This document shows, piece by piece, positions 52,814 to 61,036 of a DNA stretch of 64,000 bases. The notes under the pieces were generated by a model. It made no database searches. It worked only from the letters and a program-made list of their open reading frames with translations, and was not told where the DNA came from. Origin of the DNA: Cyanidioschyzon merolae (Eukaryota); the NCBI GenBank assembly GCA_000091205.1, contig AP006494.2. One strand, given 5' to 3'. Both the position numbers and the translations under genes were made by a program. Within the stretch, counting starts at the first letter, position 1. Each line of letters opens with the position of its first letter.

Positions 52814-55800
52814 TACGCGGTGTTAAAGTCAAGACCCGAGGAGCTGACGAAATCGAACTTTGTATGGCAGCCTCTCAAGGCCACAGTGAGCAAGTAGAAA
52901 CTGAGGCCGATAGCAGGCGCCGGTCAGAAACCACAGGGAAGCGCCTGTGAGTAGGTTTCAGTTTACCCTACGGTGGTGGCATGTTTTCGCTCCGTTAAAC
53001 TTTTGGAAATGCTCAGTAATATCGAACTACAGATCACTATGAGATATCATGAATTCCCTGAAAAAAATCGTCTGCGTGTATGTGCACGGCATTCAAGTCT
53101 TGCTGGAAGGCTGAAACGCGTACCTGACCGGTGCCTTGCTCCCAGCAGGCACCGAATACACGCTCTCCTGGCCACTGATTTTCTGTATCACAAGCCTTCC
53201 AAATTTCAGCACAATCCCCGAAATGAGTACTGAACGAATCTTTCTCAAGTTCGGTCGCCCCAAAGTCGCTGGGCGCTTTGCAAGCACGAGGCGTTCTCGA
53301 TGCCGACCGAGGCGTTCAGGTTCCAATGACGAAAGCGCTCGAGCGTACCGTTGTCAGTGCAAGCACACCATACCAAGCGTCTAAGCGCTTCGATTGTCTC
53401 GCAATATGAATTTCAGTCTTCGAACAGGATACCATATCAGGTATATTGCTCCATTCTGTTCTCTTGTTCTCTATCTGTTTCAGTGAGCACCCGTGCTCAC
53501 TGATGCTTTTATGTTATCCTGAACGCCTCGAAGGGAATCAGACAGAATCGAATCCAGGACCTGTTCTACGACCTCGTCGACGGTACCGCATTCCAGCCTT
53601 TTCGCACTGCAACACGTCCAGCCCTGTGGGCTACCATCAAACGGAACGATTCGTCGGTCACTTGGTTTTCCAACGCATCATGCTCGTTGGCGAATGCATG
53701 CTTTCTGTCTCCATATAACAGATAGCGTTGGCGACCCCAGCGCTCTCCCAGGTATTCCAGCCAAAGATCGTCTCCGAGCGTCCTCTGGACGCACAAGTAC
53801 TCTCTAGACGAAGCGTACATAGCAATTCGCTCTGCGCAGTAGGGTCCACGGAGCGTCGGCAAGACTCTGTTCAAAGTCATTCCCCTTGCTTGTATGCCTC
53901 CTGGCGCCGATTATGTGCGAATGTCGTAAATATCGAGCCCAGGAAAAGTTGAGCAGCTTCATCTGCTTCTCGTTTACATCGTTGCCTGCCTCCGTGCCCC
54001 AGCCCTGGCGATATGGCGACAGCTGTGATGCCCGTCAACCCGAGATCTACACCCTCGTCGAAGTCTCTCTTGTCGTCTACCTTTAGCGGTTGATCATGAC
54101 TTTCGTTGCTCGACTCAGACCTGATTTTTTAGAGACTGAATGCAGTATGACGTTCCGTCAGTCTCCATCGTTTCTGCGAGCCTCTTTTCATTTCTGCCAT
54201 GTAATCGAGCAGCGTTGAACGAGCGCCGTCAAAGCTCCTCGTAAAGTTTTTCGGATGCTTCACGCTTTGTCGCAGAGGGACGATCTTGCTTCGCAGTGTG
54301 CTTTACTCGGCGAGGTGGCAGGGTTGTGGTCACTCTACTCCATAATCGATCTTTGTCTCCTGGAAAAATACGCACTGAGTGGAACGTTGGATTGGAACCT
54401 GGCTCGTCTATCTGTGTATTCACGTATATGGACAAATCCTCAAATCCTTGTTCGTAACCTTCCCCGTCGTGAACACGCCCAAGGATCGAAGCGCCTTATT
54501 CGGTACCCTCCCGCGCACCATGAGCAGTAGCGCAACACAGCATATTAAGGCTAATCGATGAAGAGAACGAAATGTCGAAGAAATTCCGTGTCATGGTTGC
54601 GAACGGCTCGTGAATTCAACTGTGAGCTCTAAAACAGAGTTCGGCAACAGAGCGCATACCTTCGACTGGATGCAAACTGGGCGAATGTGTCTGCGCGAAG
54701 AGCAGCTCACTGCCAGTATGCGCTGCATACGCCATGAGCGCTTTTAGTCATGGAACGCCACGTTGTCCAGAATAAGGGCGGAGGAGTGTGCGAAGCGGAA
54801 GTCACAAAGTGTGCCTCGACGAAACATGCGGTTTTGAACGATCCTATCTATTTGGCGACTGGCAGATGATCACAGACTGGCATCGCCGCTGGCGCGGATG
54901 TTGTCGGATACTCGCTTGTTGCTTCTTCACGATCAGCAGCCTTCCCTTCTTTCAATACACATATTGAGGTCTGCTTTTTCCCCAGAATGAATTCTCATTG
55001 AATGAGACCATCATTCGTCTTATGAGTTATAAGCGGTCGCAGATCAGTGTGTGAAATCTGTAGTGCATTTGCCAGCGCACGACCGTGTCGCAATAGAGGC
55101 GAGCATTTTTCTTCGTCCGTCGATGTCTCTTCTTCACCGCTCGAGTTAACGGTACGGACACTGCATATTCTGCGGCTGCTCTGGTTGTAATTGTTCGAGA
55201 ACACATGCATTGGAATGGATAGAGGACAAGGCAGTAATGTTCATGGAGTTTAACTTGTTCTTTCGCGGATACACGACGTTTGGAACGAGAACCATCAGAG
55301 GGGCGCTTCAACCACTTGCTGACCGCACAATGACTGGCCGCAACGAGTAATACCGTTTTTCGCGTGCCTGCAACGACAGGATCAGGTCTTTCCGCTGACT
55401 TTCTCCAATCCATTGGATATTTTTTCTGCTGAATATTTGCCAGGAAACCAAACCAAAACAAAAAGCACATTCTTATTCACGTGTTCGAGAATGCACTCCT
55501 CTAAGCATACTGCTTTAGCGAACAGTGGTTCAAGCACTGCTGCTGAGCTTGGTACTTGCAGCAGCGAAAAGGCGTTATTTACCTGTAAAGTGCGTTCGAT
55601 TCGAAGGAGGCACGAGGCTTGCACAAGCGCGTCCAGTGCGGATTCAGCGAGTCTGTTCAGATTCGGTGCATCGGTCACTAATCGAAACCATAGCTTTGTC
55701 CTTCGGTCAGGCTCGCGTGAGCGCAGAGCGCGAGGACCGCTTCGGCCTGAAAGGCTGGATCTAGCGGCCCTCTACGAGCGTCCACAACAACGACTCAGTT

Positions 55801-56242
55801 CCTCGAGGGGTCCGACTTCGATCCAGAAGTTTTCTCTTATTCGCCCCAGTGCAGTAACGGGAGACAGAGAGGAAGCGCGGCGACACGAAGATCGCACCAC
55901 TGTTGGCGACTTGGTTAGACCCTTGAATCTGGGACGCTTTCTACTTGCAATAACTTTGCTTCAAGAACTTTGGAAACGGGTCTGAGTGTTTTTCGCGCGC
56001 TGCGTGCGGTGACGGGTCTTGCGAGACAGCTCGCAAACCAGCCGAAGCTGGTGAACACGGTGGAGGGCATTTGCTGCCCAGACACGCACTAACTGCTTCT
56101 GCACCTGCAGCTGTTCAAGCTGACTCCGGTTTTGAGGAACACATATCGACTGGGGCGTGTTACCGTGCTCGCTCCCCAGCAGGGGAAGAACGGTCCCAGA
56201 GCCCGCCCCTCATCTGCAGTACCAACGAGGCCTGTACACCCT

Positions 56243-56554
56243 ATGGGTCTGTACTACTGCAAACGCTGCGGTGAAGTGCTCTTCAGCGCCAAGGACCTCG
56301 TGGGGCACAGCAACGGTCGTGACCAGCAGAGCGGAACGTGCACATCGCTTTTTACAGAGCCCTTGGACTGGGTCGATGCGGTCGGAAGAAATCAAGGTCG
56401 CATCTACTGTCAGCGGTGTACGTTTTGCGTTGGCCGTTTCTGCTGGAGCGGCATGCCCTGCTCGTGTGGTGAATGGGTTCGGCCGGCTTTCCAGTTCCAT
56501 TCTGCTCGCATCGAAGTACGTGGTGTGGTCAAGCTGGTTCCGAAGCAGCACTAA
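56243..56554 (+). CDS. Yippee/Mss4-like fold zinc-binding protein (two CxxC pairs about 50 residues apart)
   Basis: GLYYCKRCGEVLFSAKDLV ... RIYCQRCTFCVGRF. The Y-x-C-x-x-C-G-x-x-L-F-S start resembles Yippee/MsrB-type Mss4-like proteins. Start chosen at the Met just before the first CxxC (track ORF starts at 56132). Confidence 0.45.
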   Translation: MGLYYCKRCGEVLFSAKDLVGHSNGRDQQSGTCTSLFTEPLDWVDAVGRNQGRIYCQRCTFCVGRFCWSGMPCSCGEWVRPAFQFHSARIEVRGVVKLVPKQH

Positions 56555-57500
56555 CGCGTTCTACTGCCCACTTTTCGAGCTCATCGAGCACTTGTTCCTC
56601 TGAAAGGTGCGATTCAGGTCCGAGCACCTCCTCAACAATGCTGCGCACACAATCGGCAAACTCCGCAAGCCAAATGGCGTTCTCTGCTTCTCGCTGCAAT
56701 TGGCGTATGCGTTCCGGGAGTAAACGGTAATCAGGTACTTGAAGCATGATTTGCAAGTCGGTGACGAGTTGTCGGAGCTCCTGGTGCCAGTCAATCTGCG
56801 AATCAATAGTGCCTTCTCGTTGGGGCGCCCGAGCTTGCGGCTGTAATGATCCACCGACTCGCTGCTCCTGTTGCGACTGCCGTTCGGGCTGTTCTCGCTG
56901 CCGCTGCTGCTGCTGCTGCTGCTGCTCTTGTTGTTGTTGTTGTTGTTCTCGGCGTTCTCTTCGCTTACGTTCGATATATGCACGATATTTGAGCAGTTTA
57001 GACTTGAGCCAGGCAACCTGTCGATTGCTTTTCAGAAGGGCTTGCTCCATTTCCATTAGTGCAGCCTCAGCAACTCGAGTTCGGCTGTCTGCAGGCGGCG
57101 ACTCGCTGAGCAGACTCTGAAGCAGCATTCCTCGCCGCTCGTACTCAGCAAGCACTTGAGCGAAAGCAGCACGCACGGCAGCATCTGATGGCGCGTCCTG
57201 CAGACCTCCGCTTAAAGGCAAAGCTTGGAACCCCGCTTGACCTAACAGTCGATTGATGATGCGCCAGGAAGGTTGCTGCTGCTGCTGCTGCTGCTGCTCC
57301 TGCTGTGCGTTGTTGTACGTGGTGCTGCGACCGGCACCCGGGAGGTCTAGCCCAGCGCGAGCAGCGTCTCGAGGTGGACCCAAACCCCCAAATCCTGTGC
57401 GACTTTGGAAAGCGCCGCCACCGCTACTGATTCCAGTCGTCTCGCGGGGCAAGGGAACGGCTGGCGCAAGCATGAAACTATGCCAACAGCCTGTACGCAA
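56529..57500 (-). CDS. Hypothetical poly-Gln / coiled-coil protein (323 aa)
   Basis: ORF containing two (CAG/CAA)n-encoded Q-runs and heptad-like segments (AWLKSKLLKYRAYIERKRRERRE). Its 3' end overlaps the 3' end of the + strand gene by 26 bp. Confidence 0.35.
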   Translation of the reverse strand: MRTGCWHSFMLAPAVPLPRETTGISSGGGAFQSRTGFGGLGPPRDAARAGLDLPGAGRSTTYNNAQQEQQQQQQQQPSWRIINRLLGQAGFQALPLSGGLQDAPSDAAVRAAFAQVLAEYERRGMLLQSLLSESPPADSRTRVAEAALMEMEQALLKSNRQVAWLKSKLLKYRAYIERKRRERREQQQQQQEQQQQQQQRQREQPERQSQQEQRVGGSLQPQARAPQREGTIDSQIDWHQELRQLVTDLQIMLQVPDYRLLPERIRQLQREAENAIWLAEFADCVRSIVEEVLGPESHLSEEQVLDELEKWAVERVSAASEPA

Positions 57501-59263
57501 GAAGGCGGTGCTGGGAACTGCGTAACGGCATTGGCGTTGGAGGGCGCGAAATCTTCCATCGCATTTGCGTCTTGCGGCAGCGGCGACGCTACCTCGTTAC
57601 GCGAATGGCGCGCGCGAAGCGTGCGGGTGCGCGGCGGTCCCGCCCGCCCCCGTGAGCAGCACCAGAAAGCGATATATCGGCGGTAGAGAAACAGAGGAGT
57701 TCGGGTCTTTACGCGGATACAGGGGAAAGATAAAGCGTTCATGGAGGCATTGGGGTACCTTTTTCTACTATATGTTGAAGACGGGCGACTGGGGAGGTCT
57801 CGTCAGTGTCATCGACGTTGTGTCCATGGAAAGCGTGTAAAGGTTACAGGATAAACGTAGGAGCATATACAGAGTAACTGGGGCTTCTTCCTTGCTGTCC
57901 GTAGAAGAGGGGAATTTCGGGAGGCCTGGGTGGTTCTCACCATCTATTATTACGGAAAATGCGAATACGTTGCTGCGCAAACAACTCGAATGGTGCAGCG
58001 CCGGATTTCATCGATAAACTGCACAGTTCAAACTTTATCACTCGTATTCTGGATATCGTTCTCTAACCGGAGCAAGAACACAGCACGCGCGACAATGCAC
58101 ATGTATGAACGTCCTGTGTGCTCTTTTATTGATGGAATGAGCTCCTTGCGTATCATCAGACGCTCGTGGGTGCACATGTGCAGCCGCATCTCTCGCTGCA
58201 GGTAGCGCAAGCGATGTACAAGCGTCAGGGCTCGCGAGAGACGTGAGCACGCGCTACCAAGGCGCCTCGCAGTGCCGCGTATCGCTGGTGTGGATGCGTC
58301 GTGCCATGCAGACGCTGCGGATGCGCTTCGGAACAGAATCTGGACCTTGGTTCGTATGTTTTTTTTCGGCCCTGAAAGTCCTACAGCATCAAGTACCAGC
58401 ACAATCGATAGTTCGTGTGCTCTCCAGCTCGATTGACTGCCCCGGGTATGTATCAACAGCGAGGGCGAAGGGTATGGTGAGGATTCGGGCCCGCCACAAC
58501 GCGTCGAAGCCAGAGCAATCACCCAAGCACGTCCTTCGTATGCGGCGGAGAAAGGCGCAGCCTGATACGCAACGATGTTCTTGTGCGCTGAGCATTTGGA
58601 ATCTCAACTAGAATATTTCCTTCCACTCTTAGGCAGAAAGAAAAAGGATTTATTGCAGGACGCTCTGTATACAGCTTGGGCACTAGAATGTGCATCGAGA
58701 CAAGATTGAGACGCTTTGAACCCTAGCAATATGAGCAACCATGTATGTGCCGAGTCCCTGTAGAGCCGGTCTAGATCAGGGCGCTTGCATTGTGTTTGCA
58801 AGGGTGCCGCGCGATCCCGGAAATGTTCGCTGATATCGCAATCCTGCTGCTGGATATGATTTCGCCCTGAGAACATTTCTCCCATTTGAGGTGATCGATG
58901 GAAAGTCTCTTGGTTCCCGCTAGAGAGACATTGAAAATTTGGAAGAGCCGCGCTAAATGCCGAGGAGAATGAATCATACACAGCAAGCATGAGCCAAGGC
59001 GCCGAGAGATAGCACGTCCGCACACAGAGACATTGACCTTGATGCAATGGTTATGAATCTGATTGTATGGATTTTTCGGAACCGGCACAAGGAGTCCATT
59101 GCAAGTCCAGCTCGCTGGGCCAGGTCGCCATCAAGACGCGCTTACAGGCATCGAATACCAAGAAGCCAGTGACGCGGACTTGTAACCGAGATACCTATTC
59201 AGTAAACGCGAGTTTCCGAATGGCGACTACTGCAGAACGCAGACTGAATCGTGAAGACATGCG

Positions 59264-59286
59264 CACACACACACACACACACACAC
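59264..59286. repeat. (CA)n microsatellite
   Basis: cacacacacacacacacacacac read directly. Confidence 0.85.
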
Positions 59287-59575
59287 TCCGAGACACTGTC
59301 CAATGTGAGGACGCATCGAGCTGCGGCCTCGACTGGAATACATTGCATCGCGTATCTGCGACGACGCTCTCGTCGAAAACCCGGCAGGCACACGTGCCAC
59401 ACACACATACACCCGCACATCAGTAACCGCTCGCATGGAACAATGTACCCGGCACCATCACACATGGAACGAGTGAATGGAAATGCCCATCATCTCGCTT
59501 ACTGTCAACGTGCCTTATTCGCAACAGATATGGGCATGTGATCGAATTCCCAGCGCTTCAGAGCGCATCGAATCT

Positions 59576-60514
59576 TTACAGATCCGCAACGAGGAGCGAG
59601 TGCAGGACACTGGCGAGCGCTTCCACATCGCCTCTTGCGATCGAAGCCATGAGCTTGCCACCGATAACGATGCCGTCGGCGCCAACGTCACGTAACTGTT
59701 CAACTTGTTCAAGCGTCTCAATGCGTCCACTGCCGAGGCACACTGCTCCAGCGTTGCGCAAATCTACCCGGTACTTGTCCATCAAGTCAACAGCGCGACC
59801 CTTAACAACTCGTCGACGAGCGCGATCCACATCCGTAAACACGTAGATACCGGCTCCTGCCTCGAAAGCGTACTGCAGCTCCTCTTCCGTATGGACCTCT
59901 ACGAGCACCTCCATCCCGAGAATGTATGCCGCGTTCAGGAGTTTCTCGAGGTCCGGCAGGCATGCACCGGCGACCAAACAGGCGGCCTTGGCACCGGCCT
60001 CTGCGGCCTCCGCCAGCTGCAGTTCGTGGACGATAATGTCCTTGTAGATGATAGGGGGTGCTGTGCTCGGGTCCTCTCGGTGAAAATACCTCCAGTGGCG
60101 CGCAAAGTCTGATAGACTTGCACAGTCTTGATCGTAGAGTTCCGAATCGACGCTAACCATAATCCCGTCGAGTCCAAATTTGCTTCCAAGTGGTATTTCC
60201 GCTCTTAGATCCGAAAGTATCTCGGCAGCGGCGTACATATTCAAGGCGTGAAACTCTCGCGCAGGTTCAGAGGTTGCTGAACGTCGCTTGAGGTCGACCA
60301 CCACGGAGAGACGACCGCGACGTCTTCGCAACTTGGCACGGATATCTCGCGACGGTGCCTCTGACATGTAGCTTAATCGAAACGACAGGGGCTCTCTATT
60401 GCTCAGTTCATCGCGCACGTACTCGAACTTGCGCATGACGTCCTTTTCGAGCGCACCAGCAGGCAGCCAGTCCACTAGCTCCTCCTGTTGCGCCGCAAGG
60501 GGCTCTGTCATCAT
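59576..60514 (-). CDS. Indole-3-glycerol-phosphate synthase (TrpC)-like TIM-barrel, stand-alone
   Basis: LSVVVDLKRRSATSE (cf. IAEVKKASPSKG), IIYKDIIVHELQLAEAAEAGAKAACLV (cf. [26 protein letters not shown]), MEVLVEVHTEEELQYAFEAGA (cf. LVEVHxEEEL), AVCLGSGRIETLEQVEQLRDVGADGIVIGGKLM (cf. ISESGIxTxEDV...LVGExLM). The GINNRNL motif is divergent. Start taken at the MMTEPL Met (60514); the track ORF extends to 60715. Confidence 0.6.
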   Translation of the reverse strand: MMTEPLAAQQEELVDWLPAGALEKDVMRKFEYVRDELSNREPLSFRLSYMSEAPSRDIRAKLRRRRGRLSVVVDLKRRSATSEPAREFHALNMYAAAEILSDLRAEIPLGSKFGLDGIMVSVDSELYDQDCASLSDFARHWRYFHREDPSTAPPIIYKDIIVHELQLAEAAEAGAKAACLVAGACLPDLEKLLNAAYILGMEVLVEVHTEEELQYAFEAGAGIYVFTDVDRARRRVVKGRAVDLMDKYRVDLRNAGAVCLGSGRIETLEQVEQLRDVGADGIVIGGKLMASIARGDVEALASVLHSLLVADL

Positions 60515-61036
60515 GAGGGTGCCTCGCTCTTGTCCAGCTCGCAAAGAACAAGTTCGCTTATGGAATCGTATCCGAAAACACGCTCCGACACCTTTGGGGT
60601 CTGTTGGACACAGCGTTACGCAGTGTCGGTGTGCTTTCCGGGCAGGCCGAGCTCCGACCAGACCAGCGCTGGTAACCGCAAAAGCAGGTGAGGCTCGGTG
60701 TTGTAAGGTGTTCATGAGGCTGCGTGCACAGTCATACGCTCTTGAGCGACATAAAATACCCGTTACAATGTAGCAAGGAAGCGCGTTCGCTTGTCAGGTC
60801 CCACACAAGCGTGCGACCGGGTCGTTTCGTTCTGCAATGAAACGCGTCAAGCCAGGCGCCTCGTGGCGAGCATGACGCCCACAGCTGGAGCGAGGAGAGC
60901 GTCTGTCGCGTTTCCAGTGCGCTTTTCAGGAGCCGTGGATCCCGCTTTCCGTCTCGCTTGTAGAACGTTCACAGAACCTCTGAAAACAGGAGAGTTTGTA
61001 TCTGTACGTCTGGTAGGCTGGTGGCCTATGCGGTAG

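Noticed and set aside
56132-56242. N-terminal 37 residues of the track ORF for the Yippee-like protein (MRNTYRLGRVTVLAPQQGKNG...)
   Set aside because: Basic, low-complexity and absent from Yippee/Mss4-like families. The internal Met at 56243, immediately before the first CxxC, gives a protein of typical length, so I used it as the start.
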